A stretch of DNA of 64,000 nucleotides from Adineta vaga (GCA_021613535.1 CP075492.1:11098001-11162000); one strand, 5' to 3'. Positions 37,137 to 52,400 are shown, counted from the stretch's first letter. The notes: a model not told the origin generated them from the letters alone. A program made the numbers and translations.

Positions 37137-39122
37137 TTAACGGTTCTTCCACGATTATTACCAAACAGGTATCCATGGTGCGCGTGGTCGGGATGTTTTA
37201 TATGTTCGATTTTTCTTATTCAATTTTTGATCATAATCTTCATCATCATCTGTTTGAGTTTGATAACCATTATCCCATAAACTAGAACGTGGGTTTGTAT
37301 TTACAGGATATCTTTCCTACAAAAACAAAGTTCAGAATTATGAAACGAAAACATAGAATATTTTACGAGAGAAGTTGGTTTTGTTGCAACGTAGGGATGA
37401 TGTCGTTCAACACGATAACGTGGTTCATATAAAGGTGGACGTTCTTTTTTTTCTGGACGATTGGTAGAGATTGCAGGCAATGTATTGTCAGTGATATATT
37501 TTTGCTCACGATACGGTTTATGTGTTCGAATGGTATATGGTGATTGATAGTTGGAAAATTGATTTGGTGAATGATGTGTTACAATTGCAGTTCTACGATG
37601 CAGGGGTTCGATATTGGTCTGCGATGGAAGTGGTTCACGAGATAGTTGAGGTCGTGAACGACGTTCTTCATTGACAGGAATAATGATTAATTCGGATTTG
37701 GGGACAGTTGATTCTAAAATTGATAGATGTTACTATTTTTTTTTCTCTCATACTTATTGAATGCAATGCATACTAACCTTTTGGTTGAGATTGACGTTGA
37801 GTTTTTATTACTGGATAAGTAATTATTTCTTCCGTGATAATATCTGGTTTTCGTTCGAGACTATGATTTGAACGATGAGTAGTGACAGTCACTGGCGGTG
37901 GTGGTGGTGTTTTCTTCCGAACAGGTGGTCTGTATACATGAGAAAAAAAAGATGTCGAATTTATGAATAGAAGATAATTTTAATTACTTTGATCGATCAT
38001 CTTGTGGTAAGGGTGAAAGTGGTTTACCAACTAATGCATACAGTGTTGGTGTTGGTATTACCTGTTGTTGTTGTTGTTTACGGACATTGGATTCGTTGTT
38101 TACTGTGTATATTACTGTATCCTTTGGGGGTATAAGTGTGGGTTGTTGTTGTTGTTGTTTACGAGCATTAGATTCATTATCAAATGTATATACCACTGCA
38201 TCTTTTGGAGCTGTAGGTGGTGAGTGTGGACGAGTTTCTTTTGTTTTTTTCGTTGAAACAGGTGCATCATCCACAATGGTATATAGAATGGGTACTGGTT
38301 GTATAGGACTAGATGTGCCTACTTGCACACCTCGAGACGTACGTGCTGGACTACCAATAATCGAATATATATTTGGCGATGGTTGTAATTGTTGTTTAGG
38401 TGATTCAGAAATTTCATTTTGTAGACGTGAACTACCGACCCATGAGTAAAGTGTTGGAGATTTATCAATAATTGGTGTTGAACCTTCTAAAGTGTTGCTA
38501 CCCATATCAACAGTACGAGGACGACTATTGAGTGAATAAAGTGTCGGCGATGGTGGTTCTTTAGTAATAATAATTGGCTGAACTGGTGCTGGTGTATATT
38601 TTTCACCAGCAAGAGTGTAAAGAACTGGTTGTGACATTACTTTAGGTTCGAGAAAAACAACTGGTTCATTATATTGTTTTTCGGATTGATACTGAGGTGG
38701 CGTTTCTCGTTCTAAAATGTATGTAGATATATATATATATATAGTTTCAAATGTAATAGAAGCTGTTATCATACTTCGGTCGATAGGTGTTAATTCTTCT
38801 GCTTGTCTTGAATCAAGAAAGTAAACTTTAGGATCCGTTTTCTTCGGTAAATATTTCGGTGGAATTGATTGATAACGAGTTCCAACTGTATACATCGATG
38901 CTGTTGGTACATCTAGTACCGATACCGTTGAAGGTGATCGATGTTCAACCAATGGAACATGCCGTTCAGAATCAGGTACCAGTGATCGAAGTACAACATT
39001 TTCTAAAACAATAAAAAAGAGGTTATTAGTTCAGACCGTATAACATTTTTTCTGCACAAACCTTTATTATTTGGATCGTCTAATTCCGATCTTCTGTATA
39101 TTTGTGTCGGATAGGTTTCCAT
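37137..39122 (-). CDS. Disordered Pro/Ser/Thr-rich protein with repeated PxLY(S/T) motifs; function unknown
   Basis: Long open exons bounded by GT-AG introns; starts METYPTQ, ends WKNR*. Confidence 0.7.
38059..38215 (-). repeat. In-frame ~81-bp tandem duplication
   Basis: PKDAVVYTFDNESNARKQQQQQ versus PKDTVIYTVNNESNVRKQQQQQ. Confidence 0.85.
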
Positions 39123-40282
39123 TGTTTCGTTCACTAAATTCAAATATATAGTTTTAGAAAAACTCGAAAGAATAACTTCGGACTACAATTGACGTGATCA
39201 TCAACAGATTTCAAAGACAGATTCTCTTAGAAAAAAACTTTTCTTCAAAACTAATATAATTTCTTCTGTTTTCTATCATTTTCAGTGAATAAACTCACTT
39301 GTTTCTTCATCCATCATGTTTATTGCAAATGTAGTCGTTTAACATAAAAACAATCAAACACACTAATGAAAGAGTTTTGTTTTTCTTTTGAACTCAATAA
39401 TCACGGATTTATTTTTCCGTGTTTCTGCATATTATCCTCATCTGTCGAAAAATAAGTTCCTTGTCGATCATTCAATGAAATTTTTCTTCTTAGATGTGCG
39501 TGTTCAACAAACAATTGATTTCTTCTACATACAGAAAAATTTGAACGTTACAAACCTGTTTCTTTCTTTTGACAGAAGTGAGAAGAATTTGTTGATTGAT
39601 CGAATATCAACAGTAAATCAATATTTAACTTCTACTTCTGTCGTAAATCGATCTTCTGTTATACATAAATTGAAGACGATAAGCAACGTACTCAATTACT
39701 CTAGTTTTTTTCCTTTATCAATCGAATAAAACTAATTCTAATTAAGAAGATTTTGTTTTACGAATAGAGAACATGCAATTATTACACGAATAATTGCCAA
39801 TAGCTTATGTTAATTATAATTTATCAAAATATATGACGAACATAGTTACGAACAAAAAAAAAACAATTTTCTATTGATGACGTTGAAAGAAAGAAATTCT
39901 ATACTTGCAATTATTATCAAATATATTTGATGATATATTTACTCCGTCATGATTGAAGGAGATGCAGATAGAGAGAAAAACATGAGTTGACATTAATTCT
40001 ATAACGAGTCTCTTCGAAAGCAGTGTTTTTCTGCATTTTGATATCGAACGATATCATTGAAGGTCGTAGGAGTATTTATTTTTTCGAACAATAGAGAAGA
40101 AATTTAATATTCGTCACTTATATTGCAATTAACGATTGGATGACTCAATAGTGAAGTTATTCTCGAGCGAATTAATTGAATTAATGAAAATATACAGAAA
40201 ACATCGGCTTTGTTATAGGTTTGTTTAGAAGAAGAAAGAAAGTACACACAATAAAATCCTTATCATTTCGAAAGAAAGTCAT

Positions 40283-41445
40283 TTATGCAGGTATTCCAGC
40301 ACCTTTCCAGTTGTTATTTAATGTTTTGATTGAAGTTGCATGTCGATGTACTGGCCAGTACTGTTCTGGTGTTCGAATAGTTTTCACTTTCGTTAATCGA
40401 TTAATCTATATCAAGAAATAAATACGTAGAAATTAGATTAGAATCAATGATGACTTACTAAAGCATCCGTTTCTTCAATAGATAAATATCGTTTTGTTGC
40501 TGACGGAAGAGGCGTATGTCGATCACGACATCGTACCGGACTGGTCAAACGTTCTACAACTTGTACAACTTGTTCATATGAAACTTGTTGATAACCTAAC
40601 GGAAATGGTGGATGAACAATAGTACCCCATTTTTGTCGACCACGTGGCTGAGATGATCGTGTATTTGATGTATCGATTAATCGACCATAATCATCAACAG
40701 AAAGTTTTTTCATTTCATATGTACGTGAGATAGATGTATGACTAAAATCAGGTGATGTTGTTTGTCCACGATTCATACTTTCATCATTTGTATGAAATGA
40801 ACTATGAGTTGCTATAGATGAATCTGTACGCATTCGATCATTGAAACTATTATTGGAGGTATTCTCGCGTGAAAGACTAGATCGTACTTGATTTTGTGTG
40901 TTTAGTTTTGAATTTGATGGTTGTACAGTTGTCGTTGAACGATTGATTGAGGGATGTGAGGGTGTTTGTTTCGATGAATTTCGTCGACCAGGTAATAATG
41001 GTGTTTGAAAGTATTTATTACGTGCTTGTATCGTATTAATTGATTGATTTTTAACATATCGTTGTCTCGGTTTTTCAGGTTTTATGACAAATGAGATTTG
41101 AGTACTTGTATCACTATCATTAATAAATGGCACAGATGTTTCGATAGGACGTGTTAATGGAGAAATGTTTTGAGTCAATTGATTTTCTTTATTATAAGGC
41201 ATGTGTTTATAATTTTTCTTTGGATCATTGTCAAGACAACTTGTGATAGATTCAAAATCACTAAGTAAATCATATTCTCGATCAGAATCAGACCAATCGG
41301 AAATAACATCAATTTCATTATCTGTTACTAAGCTTGATCGATTTTCTCGTGATTGAAGATGTTGAGTACGATTTGCTGCTAGGCGATCGATCGTTGAAAC
41401 ATTCGAATAATCTCTTGATCGTGGTTGAACACGATTATTTATCAT
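40283..41445 (-). CDS. Uncharacterised Ser/Thr/Arg-rich protein
   Basis: 333-codon first exon plus a second exon ending WKGAGIPA*; no recognisable domain. Confidence 0.65.
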
Positions 41446-42390
41446 TTTGTCGATCTATGAATAAACAGATTGAAATTATCATAGAGATTTTCAGTACAAA
41501 CCATTCACCGTATGTTAGTACTCTAAAAGTTTAAACTTTGATCACAGTCTATTCGTCTTTCTGTCTTTAACAATCAATCTTGAAGTGAAGAAAAAATCGA
41601 GAAGTAAAAAAGACGTTTTCTTTTTTACTATTTTTATTAAATCATAAGTGTCGTCTATTCATACGCTAATGGACATCGAATGTATGCTCGTTTTTGTTTC
41701 GTACATAAGTAAGAGTATTACTGAAACGTAAAAGAAACGTTTTCTTTTCGTTGCTTATCTTTACTGATTGATGTAAAACAATAACATTATTTGTAATTAC
41801 GTTTGATTAATTTATTCATTATGTTTTCCTCTTCTCTAAAAAATGAAAAGTGAAAAATTGTTTAAAGACACGATGTGTTTAAACAATCGATGAAGAACTT
41901 TTTTGTCTTCTTTATGAAATATTTCAATCGTATATCTTCGAACATACAAAAGCAAAACAATCGTGTTCACGTGCACAAAGAAAACATATTTGTAAATACT
42001 TTACGATCGATTATTTTCATGAAAAATCAATTTCAAATGTATATATATATATATATATTTAACGTTGATATATCAATGATCCGATCAAAAGAAAGGTTGA
42101 AATAATCTTTTCATATTTCAGGCGTGATTTTTATTCAGTAGACTGAATTGAGAACATTATTTTTTCATTTTGGTAACATACAACTTATAGTCTCAGGCAA
42201 TATTGACACATAGAATTCGTATTACCGAAAATACCCAAAGCAAAATTATGCGTCGTGGTTGACAATCGTCGAAAGTAAGAAAAACGAAGTCATTTTAAGT
42301 GAAAACGTAAGTCATAGCTTGTTTTTAATTGAAGTTGATGATACTTTTATTATAAGAATGAAAAACACAACTATCTGACAGTATGAAAAA

Positions 42391-45300
42391 TTAATTATTC
42401 GAATAGAAATCATCTTGAAGAGCACAAGCAAGTGCACGTAATGGTGAATCAATCATTCGAGGTAAGAACGGTTTAAGTACAATAGAAATGAATTGTTTTG
42501 TTTGATTGAATTCTGTTTTTAATTTATTAATATGTTCAATTTTAATTGAATCAAAGCCTAATTGCCAACGTCGTGCAAATATAGTTACAATTTCAAATAA
42601 TTTCATTAATTGTTCACGAATAGCTTGTTGTTTTGGTTGTAAAAGACTTCCAATTGCAAGTGCTGTAAGAAATTTCTCATGAAATACAATCATTGATTCA
42701 ATATCAATTGATTTAGTCGAATGTTTTTCAACGAATTGTTCACCAGCTGTATGAAACTAAAGTATCAATCGAATCTAGAGATATATTTCGTAAATATTCT
42801 TATTACGTACAGTCGTAAGAACAAAGTTATTCACAGCATTTACAGCATGAAGAAGACGAGCACGTAAAAGAAACATTTCATGATGTAATTGATAAGATTG
42901 ATGACGATATAAACGACGATTTTGCAAACGATTTTTCACACGAAATTCTAAATTATCAAGAGAAAAAATTCCAAATTCCAAAAATGAAACATTCATTCAT
43001 ACCACTAAAAACTAATTGATCTAAGACATATTTCGCTTGTTTAACTTGTAAAACAAATGCAAAACATTTTTGATAGATATCCATATGTTCTGGTTTAATA
43101 ATAATTACTAATTCTTTTGGTAAATCATATTTCAATTGAACATTTTGTATGATATATTTTTGTGTTATTGAAGATTCAGTTGTTGATTGAAAAATTACAT
43201 TCAATGGATATTGAGCTTTGTCAAGACCAAACATTGTCAATGTACTATCGAATGAAACAAGAACTGTAAATGCATCTAATCGTTCATGAATTGTTTGAGA
43301 TAATTTCGAATATAATCGTAGAGCGAATTGATGCATAAATGAACCATTTTCAAAAAGAAAGAAATTTCGAATATATTCAATGTGTTTTAAATAATTCAAT
43401 CGATGAACAATATCATCTGTCAATTGATTGATCAGTTGTGTACATTTTAGCAATAGAATTTGTTCACTGAAATTCTGAAGAATACATTCAATAGTTGTTG
43501 ATTGATTAATCGTTGAAGAAAGACATAATTGATTACTAAAATAATGAATGAATTGTTGTATTCATTGGAAAGAATAATTTACCGATTCGTTTCAAGTAAA
43601 GTTGGTTTTGTTATTTGCATTTGATTGAAGGCTAAGGTTAAAAATGAATTCTTCTCATCTTCGATATCATGAAATGGTAAATTGAGAGAAATAAATGGAT
43701 TCGATGATGGTTTTGTGATAGAATTTGCTTCGAAATTATGTAAAACTATCAATGGATTCCATGTACGTTTTGTTAAATGAAAATTTTCTTGAAGACTTTT
43801 CGAAAATTCTTCTACGAAAGATTGATAATCGTTCTGATCTATTTGAAAAACAAACAAACATTTTCGAAAACTAGAACAACAAATATTCATTCAATTTTTA
43901 CTTGTTAAAACACCATTTGATTTGAGTATTTCTGCACATTTACCCGCTTTAATCAACGAAGGAACTATCATTGCTAACCATCTCGGTATTAAACTATAGA
44001 ATACAGTCAAATGAGGATGAATACAATTGAATCATATTCACTTACGAAGCATTCTCAACTTGTTCAGTATATGATTGATGCCAAAAATCCAATGATTCAA
44101 CAGGTACATCGATTTTTCTAATTAAACAACAAAGAGAGAAAATTCGTGCAAAAAACATCTCTTAATATTTACCGTTTAATAAAAAACTCATCAAAAGAAT
44201 CATCAAGATTTCCATTTGTCAACCAATTTTGAATAATTTCCAAATAAATTCGACAACTTGATATAAACAATGGAAGAAAAAAGTTCTAAAATTCACCGAA
44301 TTTCTTTTTTTTCCTAATATACAAAACTTTTCGAATCAATCTTACGAAAAATATCGAATTATTAATCATCTCAGACATTATAACATTCTTATACAAAACA
44401 TATATCAATTCCAAGGTTAAATCACAATTAAGTTTATCATCATGAAACGCTATTTGATCAAAAATACGTTCGATACATTCACCTTTAGAAATTAGGCCTA
44501 GAGAATCTAATTCTTGGTAAAAGGATAAAATTGTATATGTATAATCTAAAGGTATGAAAATTGATTTGTAGGAAAATTTCTAGAAAATCAAAAATAAACC
44601 TTGTTTAAGAATCGATTTTTCAATATCTGCAAGTTGAAAATGAATGAGATTCATTTGATCACGAAGTGCTTGTGCAAAGGATGAAAGTGTTCGACAGGAA
44701 TGATTGATTTTCTTTAAAAATTCATTTGTTAAACGAAACTGATTTGAAAGTAAAGTAAATTTTTCTAAACATTCTTGAATAGTCACCTAAAATAATCTCC
44801 TCTATTTAAAGTACAAACAAATTCATTTAGTTTATACCGGTGTAACATCACAAAGACGAACAAAATCTGCTACATGCACTTGATTATTTTCATCAATTGA
44901 ATAAACATGTAATTCATTTGAATTCATTAAAAGCCTAATCAATTACGAAAAACATGTTGTACATTGATTGTAAAGATATTTTGATTTACCAGAGAGTTTC
45001 TCGTATAAGAATATATTCTGTTAAAGTTTGAGAATTAACTCGATAAGCTAAATGAGTTGTTTTCATCATTGTTTGATCCCTAGTAATAAAGTAATGTAGA
45101 TATTGAATAGAAAAGAATAATTCCATGATCTTTTACCAGAATAAAGCAAAATCATGAAGTGCAGGTGAAACATCATCTTCTAATGTTCGATGCCAATAAG
45201 ATGTAAGAATTTCTCGATCGAGTGATGAACTAGATTGTATTAGAAATATCATATTTTCAAAATGTTTATTATTTATTTCCTAATTACTAATTCTGTTGTT

Positions 45301-46162
45301 CGATATCATCAATAGGTTTTGATTCCATTTCATTTTCAACCATTGTTTCGTTTTGAATTGATGTTAAATCAATTCGATTATCATCATCATCATCATCATC
45401 AGTAAGACTTTCATCCTGAAAGAAAGAATCAGATATGTTTTCATTTGAATAATTTTCTTACATCATGATAATCAGTTGAAGTTATTGCTTGTTGATAATT
45501 ATCACCAAGTAAATAAGCAGGCCAATTGAAATTTGCTTCCTCTAATGAAAGTTTACATTAGATATAAATTATTTCGATGAATCTTTCACTCACCAACTTG
45601 TTCATGAACAAGATGCGAGAATTCATCTAAATTAACATCTAATGGTCTTCGCGCTAATGATATGACAAATTGTAAACATGACCGATGAAATTCACTCTAA
45701 TGATAAAATGAAAATACAAAACTAGAAGTTTACTTTTTTTTCAAGAAAAATTTACTTCCGGTGAATGTCTCAATAAAGGTCGATTATTGAACCGTTTGAT
45801 AAGAAATTCGAGTAGATCAGCTTTTTTATCTTGAGCATGAATAATGTATTTTTCTTTTAAACTAATCAAATGAATAAATAAATAAAGATTGAATCAAAAA
45901 CAAAATGAACAAGTCAATAAAGTTATTCCATACCCTTGAATACTTTTGTCGACATAACGTTTTTCGATATTGACATTCGAACGATGTATGATAGTATCTT
46001 CGAATAACTTTTTATGTGGATTAAATCGATCCGAAAGCTAGAAGAAATTTTAAAAAAAGCAGGAGTAACAATCTCTATAGAATATTATCTTACAGTTAAT
46101 CCAGTAATATCATGAACGATTTCGTTGAGTGTTGGTTGAATCGATTTTAAGAAGTTACTCAT
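42391..46162 (-). CDS. TUBGCP5: Gamma-tubulin complex component 5
   Basis: Multi-exon; WPAYLLGD, acidic stretch, LTEYILIRETLW, IKAGKC, IRNFFLFENGSFMHQF, YQKCFAFVLQVKQAKYVLD, FHEKFL (GRIP domains with a GCP5-type N-terminus). Confidence 0.85.
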
Positions 46163-47496
46163 CTGAAGAAATGGCAGAATTGAAGGATTTCGAAGAATGA
46201 TTATATCAGGAATCAAATAAAACCAATGCTTATACTGAGCATTTGTTGATCAAAGTTAATGAGTTCGTTTTATTTGTGAACAAATCAGATCTTTTTAATT
46301 GAAGAAATACATCATCTTATTTTCATTTCGTTGTGTTCATACTTCGATACATGAATAAACTGCTAAACTTCTACTACGAGTAATCAGAATTAAAAATAAA
46401 TTAAATCACATCAGATCATTGTACCTTTCTGGTCTCAAACGTGAAAAAAATTGTGTCGTTCATGTTAAATAAATGACTAATCAACATCTGACTGGTCAAC
46501 TTCAAACCAATATTGGAGAAGAACAGAGGGCATATTTCGTGGTTTTTTTGAGCATGCCATGACAGTTATCGGAACTAAATTTTATCGATCGACCTATTTC
46601 GTATATGACCATATTTAGTAAGAATATGAGTTATTTCATATGTAAAATTGTGTTAATCATCGGATTTTTTCTATTTTACTCGTTCGCTCTTCTTTTACTT
46701 CTCCCTGATTCATATCACTGTCCTTATTTGGGCATTTGAACTACCGAATCAACATTTTTGTCACATCAGCAACGTTTTTTCCTACGCATAGAAAATTGGA
46801 AAAAAAAGAAGAAACTCAGTAATGATGAATAAGGTCTTTCGAAATCTTTTCTCTTGGATGCATCAAGTATAAAAACGTCGCCATTATTGTCTGTTCTTAT
46901 TACACATTTATTTATTTGTTTATTTCCGATTATTGTGAACAAATCATCCATATCCATCACTGTTTCTCCATTTTTTACCAATACTAAACATATTTACTCT
47001 GTACAATCAACACTGCATACGCATGTCTGGTTCGGTAAGTGACCCTACCGTTTGCTTCCTATCTCTTTATGCTCTTTTCTCTCTACTGTTGTCCATATGT
47101 GCCTATCTAAATTCAAGGAAGACAGAAAGAAAGGAAAAAGAACGAACGCATCTATCGACGAGATATGCAGTATGTTGGGAGATATACGCCCGTTCCTGCT
47201 GACGGATAATAATTGTAGTTACCATATACGAGAATAGGATAAGAAAGATGCTCGATTGTACTCTACATCCTTTTGCTTGATGATTCATAAGAGAAAATAG
47301 TATAGTATCAACACTGTATATGGAATTGTTTTGGTGGGTATACTGCACAAGAAAAGAACAGAGCGAGAGGGAGAAGAAAAACATCGAGAGACGATCCCAA
47401 ATAGGGTATTATCATCAACTGTATATTTCCACTTTCTTCTTCTTCTTTCTTCTGTTTCTTCAACCTAAGACAAGCATCCAAACGACGTAGATTCTA

Positions 47497-48217
47497 ATGG
47501 TAAGAAGCACGTGTAAGACTTTCTAGTTTTCAATAAAAGCAGATAGTTTCGAATGAAGTGATACGTTTCATCAGTTAGATCATTGAGCTTCACCGGTTTT
47601 TTTTCAAAAGCGAAGTAAAGATTTTGATTTGATTGATTGATTATTTTCTAGGCTTCTGGAGTTAAAGTTGACAATTCAGTAATCGAAAAATTTCATGAAT
47701 TTAAAATCAAGAAAAATACTGGCTTTCTTGTCCTTGGTTTCAGTGACGATATTTCAAAAATAGTTGTTCTCAAAGAAGGCCAAAATAAAGTGCCACAAAA
47801 TGCACCAGCCAATGATAAGAGTAAACGATTGAAATCATGTGATTTTTCTTTGTAAATATAAATACTGTTTCTTTTTCAGATAAGAAATGGGCAGAAATGC
47901 TTGAAGAATTGCCAGAAAATGATGTACGATATGCTATAATCGATATTTTTTATGAAACAAGCGAAGGATCACGTGCTGAAATCTTTTTTATTTCATGGTA
48001 AACATGACATGAGTTGTATATTTATTTACATTTCTCTTATTGATTTGATTGTTATAGGGCACCGGATACTGCCACAATTAAACGTAAAATGTTATGTGCA
48101 TCAAGTAAAGATGCTTTGAAAAATGCTCTTCAAGGTATTCGTAATCATTTACAAGCAACATGCAAATCCGATCTTGATTTGGCAGCAATTATTAGCGAAA
48201 AAACCAAATCCAAGTAG
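47497..48217 (+). CDS. ADF/cofilin actin-depolymerising factor (missed by the ORF track)
   Basis: ATG-only first coding exon, then ASGVKV...LPENDVRYAIID...FFISWAPDTATIKRKMLCASSKDALK...LQAT. Confidence 0.95.
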
Positions 48218-49426
48218 ATTAAAACTTTCAAATACACGAGACATTTTCTCTCCAACAAATTTTTTTTCTTGTATTTGATCACCTTCTACATGAAAAGAAA
48301 AATACTTTTGTGCTATCAATTTCATTATTATTCTCAGTCTTCTTCTTCTTTTCTTTTTGTTATTTCACATATCTGGTCTCTTCCGTCTTTTTCTTCTTCT
48401 TCTTCTCTCTTTATTTCATGTCAAAGCTAAAACAGAAACTAATTACAGCGACTATACTTATAGAATAATCGAGATGATCAAATAACAACCCTTCTACTTT
48501 ATTCTAGTTCATCGTTTTCTCTTTTATCTTGTCTCTTTGAATGCCAATTTTTACCTGCTTTGTTATAATTGTGTCTGATGTGACAATAAAACAACGACGC
48601 AATTGATATACATATATGTATACATCAATAATAAATCGACATGATATGTTTGTTGTTCTTGAAAACGAAATTTTTTGGAATCTTAAGGATATCTATTTGT
48701 ATTTTCGTTTAGTTTCCCTAATTACACTTCGAGAAGTATGGGAGGATGTGTTTTGGTACATTCCAACTTGCAATCGTAGGATGATATGGAGGAGAGATAG
48801 GAAAAACATATCCATTAACAACTTTAGATATTCTCAAATTAATGATAAATGATCGATTTAACTTTTCTAAGTTGAAAATAAGCAAGAATAGGAAGCGTCA
48901 TGATTTTATTGTCAAATATCCATGCAAAATGTACACATTACTCTCATCTTTACATTTACTGAAAGTCATATTATTGACGATACTGTATAGTCTTTTGCAT
49001 TCTCAATATTCTACTTGTAACATGATACTATAATATTGAAGAAGAAAAGATTCGAAATAGACCAATAGAAGAAACAGAAACAAGTGTCATATTTTTTATA
49101 TTTAGTCAAGAGAAATAGCAAATAAATTTCTCATTAATAATAAAATATTCAAGAAGTAATCATTCGTCGAGTATTTACTACATAAATAACTTATCATAGT
49201 TACGAGTATATGTAAAACAAAAAAAAAAAAGAAACTGTTAAGAAGTTAGACTCAACATGTTTGACTTTCGTTTCGTGAAACAGAAAAGAACTCTGCTGAA
49301 TACTTTTTATTTATCAATTATGGGAAATCTATCAAAAAGGAAAATATAACAAAGAAAAAAAACGTCTATTTTCGATGTATAAGACAACAACCGGATTATC
49401 AGCATTGAACTTAATAAAAAGACTCA

Positions 49427-52400
49427 TTAAGATTTGTTTTGTAAGAAAAACATTTGAAGTATAAATACAAGAGATACAATAATTGAATATCGATCAGTCA
49501 AACGAATAGCATAGGAACATTTCGAAAATAATGTTTGATTTTCTCCTTCATGTACAAAAAAACATTTATGTGGTCGTTCACGATATGGTGTCGTTTTTAA
49601 ACGTGTACACCATTCTTCCCTCGTAAATTCGACTGGTTTACGTTTAATGATTAATTTTGGACATGAGATTGAAGCTTCTTTTGAATGATTAACATACAAT
49701 AACATTAAATTACTTTTCGGAATTTTTGATATTGAATAACTAAATTTAAAAAATAACGAAATTTAAAAATATTCATGATAAAATGTGTTTGATACCTAAA
49801 TGATTCAGAGAAGATAATTGTTGGTTCTACTGTTGAACTATTTGTTCCATTTTCGTTGGAATCATCAATTGTTTCTTTTGCATATTGAGTACAACTAACA
49901 CTTCCATGAACGGTATTAGCACGTTCAACTTCTTCCCATTTGACTTTATTATCTTTCGATGGTAATGCACCTTCCCATCCTTTCCATGTTGAAACATATA
50001 AATTAAATTCTTCGATGCAAGATGAAGGAATTCGACCAATGGATTCATCTTCTCTGCTTGAATTCAATTCTCGATGATCTAATATTGGTCGACGGAAATC
50101 GATATGAGTTAAAAGAACATTACTAAGACTTTCTCGAACGTGTGTTCGAGGTAGTGGTGTTTCAAAAGTAAAATTCTGATTGTTATGATTAGATTTTCTT
50201 GACGCATAAGTCCATTGAGGAAAGACAAGTATATCACGAACAAGAAACCTAAAGAATTAATTACAGAAGAAAAATAAATTAAATATATTCAAAATTCTCA
50301 TACATTGCAATATGATTAATGATATTCCAAATCATGACAGAAATGGTATGAAGAATCTGAAAATCAGAAGATATTTTCGAAGAAAAGAAAACTTGTCGAA
50401 TAAACATACACTACGAAACATAAAACCCGAACTTTTTTCAGATCGTAATTGTCTTTGTAGACAAACACCTTGAAAATCAACCATTTTTTCTCTAAGAAAA
50501 AAAAAAGAAGACTTTCGATATTAAGAATCATTCAAAGATATCATGGAAAGACTTACTCAGAAAAAATTTTCTTCACAACAAGATCCTGCATCACTGCTCC
50601 TTCAAATTCACCTAAAAATTTGCCAACATCATCCTAAAAAGTCAATTGATTAGTAATTTGTTTAAAGATATCGTTCTGCAAACATACAGTTCGATCAACA
50701 CCTTGTTGCTGACTAATAAACATAATATATCCATTTTCATCAATGATATAACATACACCAGTCTCCAATTGATTCTAGAAATCATTTTTAATGATAGAAA
50801 TTTAACAAATTCGATATAACTATATGATTACATACACAAAGATCGGAGAAATGTGTGGAACGAACAGTTTTATATGGTAACATAACACCAAAAACTCCGA
50901 ATGGAACATTGCGCATATTATTTGATCGACCAGAAGATTGATTCATCCATATTCCTGTTGTAATTACAAGATACATATGTGATGCAGTGAACGATGTACT
51001 ATGTCCTTCTAGAAAAGATTTAAATCGAATGTATGTATAGGAACATATTTCATTTAGAATACAATACCTGTAGTATTCGTATAATTATCATTTGACATTT
51101 CTAAAAGATAAGAAAATTCTTTGAAGTAGAATAAAAGAAAATCATCTACATACGTGAATTTGTACTAGGTACATTTGATATTCCATAGAAAAGTGAATAG
51201 ATATGATGTTTACCATGAATATGATCAGCACCATAGAAATATGTTGCATTGATAGTTCGTTCATAATAATTTGATTCAATAGAATTAGGATTTACATCAC
51301 CAAATTGTCTAAAATAAATATCTTGTTGATATTTTTTGTAAAAAATAATGACATTCTATTACCTGATATGATCTTCATTTGCTTGATTTGATAATCTCCA
51401 ATAAGCCGTAATACCTGATCGTGTCGCTAAGAAAATCCAATGTAAATGATGTTCATGTTCAAATGCTTTAAAATCGAGATGAGCTGATTTTTCCATTGGT
51501 TTTTGATGTTCACGATCAATGGCACCTGTTTTTGTCCAATTTTCAAATTTACTCATTATAAACAATTCTTCAATCATCATATAGATTAATTGTTTACTAG
51601 CTTTATATGGACCTAGAAGATTTGTCGATTAAAAATTGTATATAATTAAATTAAACAAATGACATACATGAACGAATATGTCTTGTTTCAATTTTTTCTT
51701 TTAGATAACCACGAAATGATTCTTCAGTATCACCGATGTCATCTTCAGCTGTTGAATTACAATAAATCCAATCAGCAATACGAACATTTCGTTGTAGAAT
51801 AAAACGAAGTGCTAAAAATGTGAAATGAGTACATAAAAACACTACATTAGTGCAAAAAAAGTTGATATTGTTGCATACAGTGTTCCTTTCTAACATATCA
51901 AAAAAATCAAGTGAGAAAAGAAAGCAATGCATTCTATAATCATCTAAGTGAAATCATCATGACACATAAGTGTGCTTCAAATCAAGAAAAAACTTGTCGT
52001 ACATAATTTGATATTAAATTTAGATTTTGAGAATGTTTGTCTGTCTTGTTAATTTGACATAGTCTAAAGTGTTCTATTAAGAAAAGAATAAGTGCAAAAC
52101 AATAAACCTATTATATCCTTTTATTACTTTTCTCTAAAAGTACTTCAAGATCTCTAACAATGGTATGAAACGGATATGAAGATTCATTATTCTACTCTTT
52201 TTCTTGACTGCATTATTATAAGAATTGATTTTTTTCGTTGTTAGGTTTATCTAAATTTAAGTACTCGTTACTTTTTTTTTGTATCATACAATGTTCTTTA
52301 GTGATATGTGAAAGTCATTGACTACAATTGATTGATTTTCGTTTATTCAGTGAAATAGCAAACAATTACGTGCAGTCAGAAACAAATCTTTACTTATACC

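Noticed and set aside
46160-46240. Acceptors immediately before the ATG of TUBGCP5 (and CDA at 3283) as proof of trans-splicing
   Set aside because: Plausible GT donors lie 60-75 nt upstream, so ordinary 5'-UTR introns explain them.
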